From the NCBI RefSeq assembly GCF_006345805.1, contig NC_042999.1, positions 156,364,001 to 156,428,000 on the forward strand: 64,000 nucleotides of DNA, written 5' to 3'. Position 1 is the stretch's first letter, and every line of letters begins with the position of its first letter. Below are positions 13,685 to 26,075 of the stretch, one piece after another. The translations under genes and the position numbers were made by a program. The notes below the pieces were generated by a model, which ran no database searches, was not told where the DNA came from, and was given only the letters and a program-made list of their open reading frames with translations. This DNA is from Octopus sinensis (lineage: Eukaryota).

Positions 13685-14429
13685 TGCTCTCTGTCTGTCT
13701 GCCTGCCTATGTATGTGTGTATGTATGTGTGTATGTATGTTTGTGTGTCTGTGTTTGTCTCTCCACCATCACTTGACAATCAATGTTGGTGTGTTTACGT
13801 CCCCGTAACTTAGCGGTTCGGCAAAAGAAAACAATAGAATAAGTACTAGGCTTACAAAGAATAAGTCCTGGGATCGATTTGATCGACTAAAGGCAGTGTC
13901 CCCCCCACTATCACTTGATAATCTATGTTGGTGTGTTTACATCCCCGTAACTTAGCAGTTCAGCAAAAGAAAGAGCTAGAATAAGTACTAGGCTTACAAA
14001 GAATAAGTCCTGTGGTCAATTTGTTTGACTAAAAGCAGTGCTCCAGCATGGCCACAGTCAAATGACTGAAACAAGTAAAAGAAAATGATTTTTACAGAAT
14101 CTGTTTCATTATTAATGTGAAGAAAGTATAGAAAGTCTACTAGTATGGAAACATTGGAAAGTGTTTTATTCACAAGATGTATGTACTTCAATACCAACCC
14201 ACCTGAAACTGCCTCTGGCTCTGTAGTATAAATGTCTTGTTTTCATAAGTCCCGAATTAAAATCTTGCACCAAACTTTAGTCACAATTTATGTTCCTAAC
14301 GCTAACTAAATGATAACTAAGTTATTTTACTAAATTCTTTGTTATATTTAAAATGAATTGAAAGAAACAGAATATCTCAACAGAAATATGGTAACAAAAG
14401 GGTTAAAATATATAATAGAGAAACAATTC

Positions 14430-14659
14430 TTAACCCTTTTGATACCAACCCAACTGAAACTGCTTCTGGCTCTGTAGTACAAATGTCTCGTTTTCATAAG
14501 TTTTGAATTAAAATCTTCCACCAAACCCTTGTCACAATTTATGTTTCTAACACTAGCTTAATGTTAACTAAATTATTTTACTAAATTCTTTGTTACATTT
14601 AAAATGAATCGAAAGAAACATAGAGCATCTCAAAAGAAGTATGGTAACAAAAGGGTTAA
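14430..14659. mobile_element. piggyBac-type MITE (TTAA|CCCTTT...AAAGGG|TTAA); truncated second copy at 14192-14406
   Basis: TTAACCCTTTTGATACC / GGTAACAAAAGGGTTAA. Confidence 0.75.
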
Positions 14660-14761
14660 AATCTGATTTTCACATTATGAAGTTGATAGCATCTTGTATG
14701 ATCAGGATTAAGTCTTTGAAGCCACTATTTGCTTAAGTGTTGTTGTAATATAGAGCTACAC

Positions 14762-15172
14762 TCTTTACTCTTTTTACTCTTTTACTTGTTTCAGTCATTT
14801 GACTGCGGCCATGCTGGAGCACCGCCTTTAGTCGAGCAAATCGACCCTGGGACTTATTCTTTGTAAGCCCTTACTTATTCTATCGGTCTCTTTTGCCGAA
14901 CCACTAAGTGACGGGGACGTAAACACACCAGCATCGGTTGTCAAGCAATGCTAGGGGGACAAACACAGACACGCAAACACACACACACACACACATACAT
15001 ACATATATACGACAGGCTTATCTCAGTTTCCGTCTACCAAATCCACTCACAAGGCATTGGTCAGCCCGGGGCTATAGCAGAAGACACTTGCCCAAGATGC
15101 CACGCAGTGGGACTGAACCCGGAACCATGTGGCTGGTTAGCAAGCTACTTACCACACAGCCACTCCTGCGCC
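14762..15172 (-). mobile_element. SINE family A
   Basis: Full-length, near-consensus. Confidence 0.85.
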
Positions 15173-15392
15173 TGTTGAAGATCTATTTTTTTTATAATGG
15201 TGGAGAGATCTGCTGATATTGTTGACTAGATGTTTTCAAAAAAAAAAACTATGAACAGGGGATTACATTCTATGTTAATGTAGGTCTTGTTCCATGGATT
15301 TGTTTCTTCAATGCTGTAATTATTTTATCAGAGATACTGCCTTTCATTTTCACTTTCTCTTTTAACCCTTTATCATTTGAACCAGACATATC

Positions 15393-15790
15393 ATAGGCCA
15401 GGAGTGGCTGTGTGGTAAGTAGCTTGCTAACCAACCACATGGTTCCGGGTCAGTCCACTGCGTGGCATCTTGGGCAAGTGTCTTCTGCTATAGCCCCGGG
15501 CCGACCAATGCCTTGTGAGTGGATTGGTAGACGAAACTGAAAGAAGCCGTCGTATATATAATATATATATATATGTGTGTGTGTGTTTGTGTGTCCCCCC
15601 CTAGCATTGCTTGACAACCAATGCTGGTGTGTTTACGTCCCCGTCACTTAGCGGTTCGGCAAAAGAGACCGATAGAATAAGTACTAGGCTTACAAAGAAT
15701 AAGTCTCGGGGTCGATTTGCTCGACTAAAGGTGGTGCTCCAGCATGGCCACAGTCAAATGACTGAAACAAGTAAAAGAGTAAAAGAGTAT
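15393..15790 (+). mobile_element. SINE family A
   Basis: Full-length, with several 1-nt deletions relative to its twin at 16531. Confidence 0.85.
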
Positions 15791-15896
15791 ATCTGGTAAA
15801 ATATACAAGTATATTTACTATATACAAGTAAAAGAGTAAAAGAGATTAAGTCTTTGAAGCCACTATTTGCTTAAGTGTTGTTGTAATATAGAGCTA

Positions 15897-16312
15897 CACT
15901 CTTTACTCTTTTTACTCTTTTACTTGTTTCAGTCATTTGACTGCGGCCATGCTGGAGCACCGCCTTTAGTCGAGCAAATCGACCCTGGGACTTATTCTTT
16001 GTAAGCCCAGTACTTATTCTATCGGTCTCTTTTGCCGAACCACTAAGTGACGGGGACGTAAACACACCAGCATCGGTTGTCAAGCAATGCTAGGGGGACA
16101 AACACAGACACGCAAACACACACACACACACACATACATACAATATACGACAGGCTTATCTCAGTTTCCGTCTACCAAATCCACTCACAAGGCATTGGTC
16201 AGCCCGGGGCTATAGCAGAAGACACTTGCCCAAGATGCCACGCAGTGGGACTGAACCCGGAACCATGTGGCTGGTTAGCAAGCTACTTACCACACAGCCA
16301 CTCCTGCGCCTG
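15897..16312 (-). mobile_element. SINE family A
   Basis: Twin of 14762-15172. Confidence 0.85.
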
Positions 16313-16530
16313 TTGAAGATCTATTTTTTTTATAATGGTGGAGAGATCTGCTGATATTGTTGACTAGATGTTTTCAAAAAAAAAAACTATGAACAGGGGA
16401 TTACATTCTATGTTAATGTAGGTCTTGTTCCATGGATTTGTTTCTTCAATGCTGTAATTATTTTATCAGAGATACTGCCTTTCATTTTCACTTTCTCTTT
16501 TAACCCTTTATCATTTGAACCAGACATATC

Positions 16531-16696
16531 ATAGGCGCAGGAGTGGCTGTGTGGTAAGTAGCTTGCTAACCAACCACATGGTTCCGGGTTCAGTCCCACT
16601 GCGTGGCATCTTGGGCAAGTGTCTTCTGCTATAGCCCCGGGCCGACCAATGCCTTGTGAGTGGATTTGGTAGACGGAAACTGAAAGAAGCCTGTCG

Positions 16697-16729
<33 letters not shown>

Positions 16730-16930
16730 TTGTGTGTGTCCCCCTAGCATTGCTTGACAACCAATGCTGGTGTGTTTACGTCCCCGTCACTTAGCGGTTC
16801 GGCAAAAGAGACCGATAGAATAAGTACTAGGCTTACAAAGAATAAGTCTCGGGGTCGATTTGCTCGACTAAAGGTGGTGCTCCAGCATGGCCACAGTCAA
16901 ATGACTGAAACAAGTAAAAGAGTAAAAGAG
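16531..16930 (+). mobile_element. SINE family A
   Basis: Twin of 15393-15790. Confidence 0.85.
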
Positions 16931-17689
16931 TATATCTGGCTAAAATATTCTACCTGTTATATGTTCAAACTGATTAGATCTAGCCTCTTACATGTACTCT
17001 AAAATGTCATTTTAAAAATTAACCAACGTCGCCTTACTGGCACCTGTGCCGGTGGCATGTGTAAAAAGATTCGAGCGAGGTCATTGCCAGTACCGCCTGG
17101 CATGTAAAAGCATCCACTACACTCTCGGAGTGGTTGGCGTTAGGAAGGGCATCCAGCTGTAGAAACTCTGCCAGATCAAGATTGGAGCCTGGTGTGGCCG
17201 TCTGGTTCACCAGCCCTCAGTCAAAATCGTTCAACCCATGCTAGCATGGAAAGCGGATGTTAAACAATGATGATGATGATGATCTCAAAGCTATGAGCTT
17301 AAGCACGGTGAATTCTAAATACTGTGAATGGATGAACATTAGATTCAACAGAATAATGTGAATACTAAAGGGTTAATTGTGAATAAACAAATAGTTTGTC
17401 TGCAACAAGAATCTGCTCTTCCCCAAGGCTTTTCTCTCACACCCTGTTCCACATTTAATGTAAGGACTCACCACATGTTCTTGGGTTTTTTAAAGTATTG
17501 TAAGTTATATGGTGACTTCATTAGTGCTGGTGGCATGGAAAAAAAAAAGCATGCAGTACATACTGTAAAGTGGTTGGCCTTGGGAAGGATATCCAGTCAT
17601 AGAAACCATTCCAAAACAGACCTTGGAACACAATGTAGAACTTAGACCCACTGAATCCTTGTCAAACTGTCCAATCCTTGCCAGCATGG

Positions 17690-18040
17690 AACATCATCAT
17701 CATCGTTTAATATCCGTTTTCCGCGCTAGCACGGGTTGGACGGTTCAACCGGGGTCTGGGAAGCCAGGGGCTGCACCAGGCTTCAGTCTGATCTGGCAGT
17801 GTTTCTACAGCTGGATGCCCTTTCTAACGCCAACCACTCCACGAGTGTAGTGGGTGCTTTTTACGTGCCAGGGGAGTCTGGCATCGGCCACAATCGGTTG
17901 GTGCTTTTAACGTGCCACCGGCACGGAAGCCAGCCAAGGCAGCGCTGACATCGGCCACGTTCAGATGGTGCTTTTTATGTGCCACCGGCACAGAAGCCAG
18001 TCGAGGTGGCGCTGGCATCGGCCACGTTCGGATGGTGATG
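17690..18040 (-). mobile_element. SINE-like family C ((GAT)n tail, GTTGGCGTTAGGAAGGGCATCCAGC block, variable internal minisatellite)
   Basis: Other copies: 481-790(-), 7309-7468, 8405-8880(-), 11845-12135, 17025-17285, 21000-21370, 22175-22445(-), 22978-23395(-), 24715-24970(-). Confidence 0.75.
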
Positions 18041-18170
18041 GTTGTTAAATGCTGTTATGAGGCCATTGTATATTGCTTATTTCAAAATTACATCAATTTA
18101 ATTAACATGCTTATTTTTTTGTTTTTTTTTGTCTTTTAAATCTTTCTGTTTTTAATTTCTTCTTCTTCAG

Positions 18171-18749
18171 GTTGCTGAGCTGAAGCGTGTGAACCATCTT
18201 ATTCGTGACCAGGATCTCTTTGGAAGAAAATTAGTTAAAGTCCCTATCAGAAAATATGGCCATATCACCGAGGTCCACAGTGACTTACTGATCACAGATT
18301 CAAACACATTAGACTCGACAACACACAATGCCCCAACGGGCCTCGTCGACTGCTCCGACGAGATGACACCAGGAGCATCGAACAGTGTAGACAATGAGAG
18401 TTGCAATCTCAGTGATCCGGACATGCAACGTAAGATAATTCAGAGCCTTAGCATCAAAGACATGATACACCCACAGACAAAATCGGCTGAAGAATTCCTA
18501 CGTAGCATGGACCGTGACTTGGAAGTGATCCGGAACTCAACGAAGACAAGCTGTCAGTCTCTGAACGAGGTGATATCCGTTTTGACCAACAAGTCAATCC
18601 AGCCCCTTCAGAAGCCTAATAATGTTTGGAGTTGTTCAGAAGAAGGCTGTGGACTTCGCTACAAAACTATAGTTGCTGCTGTTGTATTCATAGGAATAGT
18701 CGTTCCTATTTTTATAATTATATATTTTAAATATCATAAACCTGACTAA
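18171..18749 (+). CDS. LYSMD3: Last coding exon of LysM and putative peptidoglycan-binding domain protein (LYSMD3/4-like): second half of LysM domain, linker and C-terminal TM helix
   Basis: Polypyrimidine acceptor ttcttcttcttcag|GTT at 18170/18171. Frame reads VAELKRVNHLIRDQDLFGRKLVKVPI (LysM C-half typical of LYSMD3/4), then the hydrophobic segment IVAAVVFIGIVVPIFIIIYF and stop TAA at 18749. Upstream exon not located. LYSMD3 versus LYSMD4 cannot be distinguished. Confidence 0.85.
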   Translation, partial: VAELKRVNHLIRDQDLFGRKLVKVPIRKYGHITEVHSDLLITDSNTLDSTTHNAPTGLVDCSDEMTPGASNSVDNESCNLSDPDMQRKIIQSLSIKDMIHPQTKSAEEFLRSMDRDLEVIRNSTKTSCQSLNEVISVLTNKSIQPLQKPNNVWSCSEEGCGLRYKTIVAAVVFIGIVVPIFIIIYFKYHKPD

Positions 18750-19591
18750 ACTTTCTTATCTTGTTATGTCATCATCATCATAATCATTGTAATGATAATA
18801 AGAATCATCATCACCATCTTTGTTGTTGTTGTTGTTCCCTCTACAACTACTAATAACATTTCTGTTAATTACAATCTTTGTTTTCTTCATCATAATCATC
18901 AACATTATCATTTTCATTAATATTTTTAACATTTCACCTCATCAATATCATCTCCATTATAAACATTATTTAATTCATTCTCTAACCCCCCACCTTTCTC
19001 TCTCTTTCTTTCTCTCTCTCTCTCTCTCTCCTACAGCTTTTGGGTTACTTGTATAATATACATACACATACACAAAAAAACCAAATAAAATCCCAAAGAC
19101 AATAAAAACATGACAAAAAAAGCCACAAAAATATGTAAAAAAAAAGTAATGGGTTTGTAATTGAAGGGAAGAACTAAATGAATAAGAAAAATGGAATTTT
19201 TTTTTGTGTGTTTTCCCAGAGTACTGAGTCCTTCCATAATTCTCTCCTTTCTGGTTCCTGAATTCTCCAAGAATCTCCCATTTTAGTTCTGTTAAACTGC
19301 TCGACTTTTATAATCTGATTACTGCTGAAACTTATTGCCAAATATAGTTTATACATATATAAGGTTGAAATACTAATTATTCACACATATACACATGCAT
19401 ATACATACATGCACATAAACATTACATATGTATTGTGTATATTCACAATACATATATATTGATATATATTAAATATATAATGTATATTTATGTATGGGGA
19501 AAAATTAGTGTATGTATGTGTGTATGTAATATATATAAATAAAACAATGTGTATGTGTGTATATGTATATATGTATGTATGTATGTATATA

Positions 19592-19808
19592 TAAGGGGAT
19601 GCTGAAAAGTTCCTGGTTTTTAGGGGTATCGTGAAAGTTTGAAGGCCTAAACTTCCAAGTTCTTTTACTGGGCTTAGAAAAACTGAAGGATCTCTGCAAT
19701 AAATGTGTGAATCGGAGAGGGGAATATGCTGAATAAAATTATAATTAACTGTTCCTCATGTATTTCCTTTTTTAATCCACAACCGGGAACTTTTCCGCAT
19801 TCCCTTTT
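19592..19808. mobile_element. mariner-derived MITE
   Basis: Imperfect TIR AAGGGGATGCTGAAAAGTTCCTGG / CCGGGAACTTTTCCGCATTCCCTT. Confidence 0.65.
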
Positions 19809-20641
19809 ATATAATTTAAACTATAAGTATATCAAACATCAAACAACATAAATTCTTGATCACACACAAACACATATGCATATATCTATGTATTAGATAT
19901 ATACAAGAGTGGCAGAAACGTTAGCACACCGGGCGAAATGCGTAGCCGTATTTGGTCTTGCCGTTACGTTCTGAGTTCAAATTCCACCGAGGTCGACTTT
20001 GCCTTTCATCCTTTCGGGGTCGATAAATTAAGTACCAGTTACGCACTGGGGTGGATGTAATCGACTTAATCCGTTTGTCTGTCCTTGTGTGTCCCCTCTG
20101 TGTTTAGCCCATTGTGGGTAGTAAAGAAATAGGTTAGTTGTCTTTATGAAGCTGTACGTGTGTTCAAGTCTAATATTACATTGCTATGTATGTGTATATT
20201 ACCCGTTCTAATATGTACACACACACACACACACACACACGTATACTTGTGTTTTCGTGTAATGTAAATCTCTGTTATGTGAACGTGTGTATGATAAATA
20301 AGTTTATGTTAACACAGTTCTATATACTTGTCTTGTATTTTAAGGAATCAGTCTTTAACACAAATGGGAGCTTAACATATGAGAGAAATAAACATTTGCA
20401 AACACTTCATTTTTTCAGATAATTGAGGTCGTCTTTTATCTTTTGTTTTATTTGTTGACATGTGGCCATGCTGGGGCACTGCCATGAAGGGTCTTGTCAA
20501 ACAAATTGACCTTAAGCGCAGGAGTGGCTGTGTGGTAAGTAGCTTGTTTACCAACCAAGTGTCTTCTACTACATCCTCGGGCCAACCAAAGCCTTGTGAG
20601 TGGATTTGGTAGACGGAAACTGAAAAGAAGCCTGTCATATA

Positions 20642-20697
<56 letters not shown>

Positions 20698-21939
20698 TGT
20701 GTGTGTTTGTGTGTCTGTGTTTGTCCCCCTAGCATTGCTTGACAACCGATGCTGGTGTGTTTATGTCCCCGTTGCTTGATTAAAGGCAGTGCTCCAGCAT
20801 GGCCGCAGTCAAATGACTGAAACAAGTAAAAGAGTAAAGAGAAAGAGTTAGTGATTGCTTTTAAGCTTGGTTCTTATTATATCGATGTCTTTTGCTTGAC
20901 TGCTAATTTACAAGGATGTAAACAAACCAACACTAGTTGTCAAGCAGTGATGGGGACAAACAGACACACACACATATACATACACATACATATATACATA
21001 TCGTGCTGGTGGATGCAATAAGCACCATTCATGCGTGGACCAATGCCGCCTGACTGGCTTCCCATGCTGGTGGCACGTAAAAAGCACCACCCGAATGTGG
21101 TCGATGCCAGTCCCCCTGCCCCGAGTGGCTCCTGTGCCTAGTGGCATGTAAAAAGCACCATCCAAACGTGGTTGATGCCAGTGCTGCCTGACTGGCTCCC
21201 ATGCCAGTTGGATGAAAAAAGCACCCATTACACTCTTAGAGTGGTTGGCCTCCAGCTGTAGAAACCTCGCCAGATCAGATTGAGCCTGGTACAGCCTCCT
21301 GGCTTGCCAGTCCCCAGTCAAACCGTCTAAACCATGCCAGTATGGAAAACGATGTTAAACATTGATGATATATATATATTACGGAGATGTACTCGCATAG
21401 CAAGTAATTTGATCTGAGATCGTGTGCTGAAACGAAAACAATTGCAGCGTGGAAGGTGTTTATAAGCCATTTAAGAAACACACAAAAGCCGTTCGATTCA
21501 CTTCAACATTTAAGTTTAATTTGTTGATATATATATATATATGGGCGCAGGAGTGGCTGTGTGGTAAGTAGCTTGCTAACCAACCACATGGTTCCGAGTT
21601 CAGTCCCACTGCATGGCATCTTGGGCAAGTGTCTTCTGCTATAGCCCCGGGTGGATTTGGTAGCCGGAAACTGAAAGAAGCCTGTCGTATATATGTGTAT
21701 ACATATATATATATGTATGTGTGTTTGTGTTTGTCCCCCTAGCATTGCGACTGATGCTGGTGTGTTTACATCCCTGTCACTTTGCGGTTTGGCAAAAGAG
21801 ACCGATAGAATAAGTTCTGGGGCTGATTTGCTCGACTAAAGGCGGTGCTCCAGCATGGCCACAGTCGAATAACTGAAACAAGTAAAAAAGAGGAAAAAAG
21901 AGAAAATGTATATCCCTCTCTCTCTTAGTTATATATATA

Positions 21940-22171
21940 TACAGGGTTGGCCAAAAGTAAATCAAAACCCTTTTAATTCCAAGATTAAAAAAAAATTATT
22001 TTATATGGGGCTTTGCTAATAAATAGACAAATGTTTAAAAAAAACCCAGTGATTTTTAACTCACAGCAATCAATTATTAAATATTCATAATTGGAATGAA
22101 TAAATAAAATTGAATATTAAGTATTTATGGAACTTTGTTTTACTGTCAAGTGACTCTTGGCCAATCTTGTA
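21940..22171. mobile_element. Tc1-type MITE
   Basis: TACAGGGTTGGCCAAAAGT ... ACTCTTGGCCAATCTTGTA, with TA ends. Confidence 0.65.
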
Positions 22172-23416
22172 TCATCATAATCATCATCGTTTAATGTCTG
22201 CTTTCCATGCTGGCATGGTTTGAACGGTTTGACTGAGGGCTGGTGAACCAGAGGCTGCACCAGGCTCAATCTGATCTGGCAAAGTTTCTACAGCTTGATG
22301 CCCTTCCTAATGCCAACCACTCTGAGAGTGTAGTGGGTGCTTTTATGTACCACCAGCACAAGGGCCAGTCAGGTGGTTCTGGCAACGACCTCGTTCAAAA
22401 AGTGTTTTTATGTGCTACCTGCACTGGCAACGACCACACTTGAATGTTGTTTTTGACACACACACACACACACATACATACGCACACATAGTGCCAGTTA
22501 AAATGCATCCTACACATTCCATTAAGTGATTGGCATTAGGAAGGGCATCCAGCCATAGAAACCATGCCAAAACTGACAATTGGAGCCTGGACAGCTCTCC
22601 ACCTGGACAACTATCAAACCATCCAACCCATGACAGCATGGAAAACGGATGTGAGATGATGATGATGATTTACTGTTAAGGTGAGATCAACAAAACAGCA
22701 AAAAAAAAATGTACCCCATGAAGTGAGAAATATTAGTTAATGTACACTATTTTAAAATAAGAGCTGCTGATAGTTTCTTGCCATTAAGACCTGTGGTTAG
22801 GTAGGATTTTATAACATTCTTCATGTTGCCAAGCAATCTCTGGGCTCTGAGCACATGGAGATTGCTTGAGGACGCAAGCCACATTATAAATATCTGCCAA
22901 ATCACATGTCTTAATGGAAAGAAACAATAAGTAGCTCTTATTTTAATACAGTCTACATTAAATGATACATATATATCATCATCATCATCGTTCGTTTAAC
23001 GTCCACTTTCCATACTAGCATGGGTTGGACAATTTGACTGAGGACTGACAAACCAGATGGCTGCACCAGGCTCCAATCTTGATCTGGCAGAGTTTCTACA
23101 GCTTGATACCCTTCCTAATGCCAACCACTCTGAGAGTGTAGTGGGTGCTTTTACGTGCCACCGGCATGAGAGCCAGTCAGGTGGTACTAGCAATGGCCAT
23201 GCTCAAATGGTGTTTTTTACGTGCCACCTGCACAGGAGCCAGTCCAGTGGCACTGGCAACGACCTCGCTCGAATAATTTTTCACGTGCCACTGGCACAAA
23301 TGCCAGTAAGGCGACACTGGTAATGATTATGCTCGAATGGTGCTATTTACGTGCCACCAGCATGGAAGCCAGTTAACTGCTTGGATGGTGCTCTTATGTG
23401 TGTGTGTGTATGTATG

Positions 23417-23448
<32 letters not shown>

Positions 23449-23452
<4 letters not shown>

Positions 23453-23615
23453 CGCAGGAGTGGCTGTGTGGTAAGTAGCTTGTTTACCAACCACATGGTT
23501 CCGGGTTCAATCCCACTGCGTGGCACCTTGGGCAAGTGTCTTCTACTATAGCCACGGGCCGACCAAAGCCTTGTGAGTGGATTTGGCAGACGGAAACTGA
23601 ATGAAGCCCGTCGTA

Positions 23616-23657
<42 letters not shown>

Positions 23658-23870
23658 TGTGTGTGTTTGCATGTCTGTGTTTGTTCCCCTAGTATTGCTT
23701 GACAACCGATGCTGGTGTGTTTATGTCCCCGTTACTTAGCGGTTCGGCAAAAGAGACCGATAGAATAAGTATTGGGCTTACAAAAGAATAAGTCCCGGAG
23801 TTGAGTTGCTCGATTAAAGGCGGTGCTCCAGCATGGCCGCAGTCAAATGACTGAAACAAGTAAAAGAGTA
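23449..23870 (+). mobile_element. SINE family A
   Basis: Full-length. Confidence 0.85.
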
Positions 23871-25457
23871 TATATATATATATATGCATATGTGTATGAT
23901 GGGCTTCTTTTAGTTTCCATCTACCAAATCCACTCGGTTCAGGGCTATAGTAGAAGCCAGTTGCTGAAGGTTCCACGCAGTGGGACTGAACCCAAAACCA
24001 AGTGGTTGGGAAGTAAGCTTTTTACCACACAGCCATGTCTGCTTCTATGTCTGTGATTCTCAACCTTTTTCCCCCTTATGGATCCCATTGTTTCCTAGTT
24101 TACTCAGATGGACCCCCATAACTATTGGATATTTAAAAAAAATCCTATCATATTTTTATAATTAAATATTATTAGGAACGTATTCTTTTTAAATTTTTTT
24201 TTTATTTTACTTGTTTTAGTCATTTGACTGCAGCCATACTGGGGCACACCTTGAAGGATTTTAGTTGGATAAATTAAGCCTAGTACTTATTCTATCAGTC
24301 TCTTTTGCTGAATGGCTAAGTTACAGTTATGTAAACATACCAACATTGGTTGTCAAGCAGTGATGGTGGGACAAGGACATGGACACGCACATATATGATA
24401 CAATGGGCTTCTTTCAGTTTCCATCTACCAAATCAACTCACAAGGCTTTGGTCGGCCTGAGGCTATAGTAGAAGACTAAAATATTTTGTGTATTGCAAAA
24501 AAATCTTATACCCCCCCCCCCAAGTCATATGGACCCAGATTTGGGAACCAAGGATCTATGTGTTGATTGATTCTGTGTTTTGTTTTCTATGAATTTGAAG
24601 AGATATACTGCTTTCTTGCTTGAGCGTTTCAGAGATAGAGGCAACATCTAAACACATTGATTCAATGTTTGTAGGTATGTGGTACTTTGTTATGCAAACA
24701 CAATATAACATGAAGTCATCATCATCATCATCACCATCGTTTAATGTCTCCTTTCCATGCTAGCATGGGTTGGACGATTTGACTGAGGACTGGCAAGCCA
24801 GATGGCTGCACTAGACTCCAATCTGATCTGGCAGAGTTTCTACAGCTGGATGCCCTTCCTAACGCCAACCACTCTGAGAGTGTAGTGGGTGCTTTTACGT
24901 GCATGAGGGCCAGTTAGGTGGTGCTGGCAACGGCCACACTGAAATAGTGCTTTTTATGTGCCAACTGCACATATGTTTTTATAAGTCAGTACCACATTCT
25001 ACTGTGTCAGCAGTGCTTGTTACATTATTTTTAAGGTTGTTTTTACAGATACTCTATAGAAGCTCTAGCCATCACTGATTTTGTTTTGAGACACGATGGG
25101 CTTCTTTCAGTTTCCATCTACCAAATCCACTCACAATGCTTTGGTCGGTATGAGGCTATGATAGAAGACACTTGCCGAAGGTGTTATGCAATGGGACTGA
25201 ACCTGGAACCATGTGGTTGGGAAGCAAACTCCTTACCACACAGCTTCGCCTGTAACATGTTTGAGATTGGAGACAAAAGTGGGTAATGAGTGTATATGTC
25301 ATACTTCGGAGGTTGCTGCCCCTTCATCAGCACACATCAAACCCACTTCTGTCTCCGAAAACATTGCTTATATCATCATCATCATTGTTCGACCGAAACT
25401 AGGTAAATAAAACCATCGAACAGAGATTGTCGGAAGCGACACCTACTGGCTGGCTAC

Positions 25458-25499
25458 GCTGCATTGAAAAGGGGCAATACCCCGAAACGCGTCTGTAGC
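25458..25499 (+). ncRNA. Minimal type I hammerhead ribozyme, U3-A8 variant (unit 1)
   Basis: GCUGCA-UUGAAAA-GGGG(CAAUA)CCCC-GAAAC-GC-GUC^UGUAGC; helix I 6 bp, helix II 4 bp, palindromic helix III ACGCGU; predicted cut after 25493. Confidence 0.8.
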
Positions 25500-25819
25500 T
25501 GCCGGTCAAGTAGTGTGGAGCTACTGACCTCCCTTGTTCGAAGGTTATATGGATACAGTTTGTGTATCAAATAGCTAACTTAAGGCGATGGCCTCATGGA
25601 GCTAATAAGCGGACAGCTTTTTTCTTATTTTTATAAGAATGCCATATTAGTATGGCGATAACTATTATTTTCCGGGAACGCTGCCGCTGTTCTCTTTTAG
25701 AGAGACTTAGTAATTTTAATATTTCTATTATTGAAAACAAGTGGATGTATTCCACCGAAACTAGGTAAATAAAACCATCGAACAGAGATTGTCGGAAGCG
25801 ACACCTACTGGCTGGCTAC

Positions 25820-25861
25820 GCTGCATTGAAAAGGGGCAATACCCCGAAACGCGTCTGTAGC
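25820..25861 (+). ncRNA. Minimal type I hammerhead ribozyme, U3-A8 variant (unit 2)
   Basis: Identical motif 362 nt downstream; predicted cut after 25855. Confidence 0.8.
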
Positions 25862-26029
25862 TGCCGGTCAAGTAGTGTGGAGCGACTGACCTCCCTTGTT
25901 CGAAGGTTATATGGATACAGTTTGTGTATCAAATAGCTAACTTAGGCGATGGCCTCATGGAGCTAATAAGCGGACAGCTTTTTTCTTATTTTTATAAGAA
26001 TGCCATATTAGTATGGCGATAACTATTAT

Positions 26030-26075
<46 letters not shown>

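Larger units (their letters stand above)
14706..16947. repeat. Direct tandem duplication of about 1.1 kb (14706-15802 / 15844-16947)
   Basis: Unique flanks and both SINEs are repeated with a period of about 1138 bp. Confidence 0.9.
25392..26033 (+). mobile_element. Tandem array (about 1.8 units, 362-bp period) of a non-coding hammerhead-containing retrozyme / Penelope pLTR-like repeat
   Basis: accgaaactagg recurs at 25392 and 25754; the units are nearly identical, each carries an HHR, there is no ORF, and the array ends in (TA)n. Confidence 0.85.

Noticed and set aside
25293-25335. HHR on the minus strand (CUGAUGA-A-GGGG..CUCC-GAAG-UAU-GAC)
   Set aside because: A15.1 is G and there is no NUH triplet; counted only as a decayed relic, not an active ribozyme.
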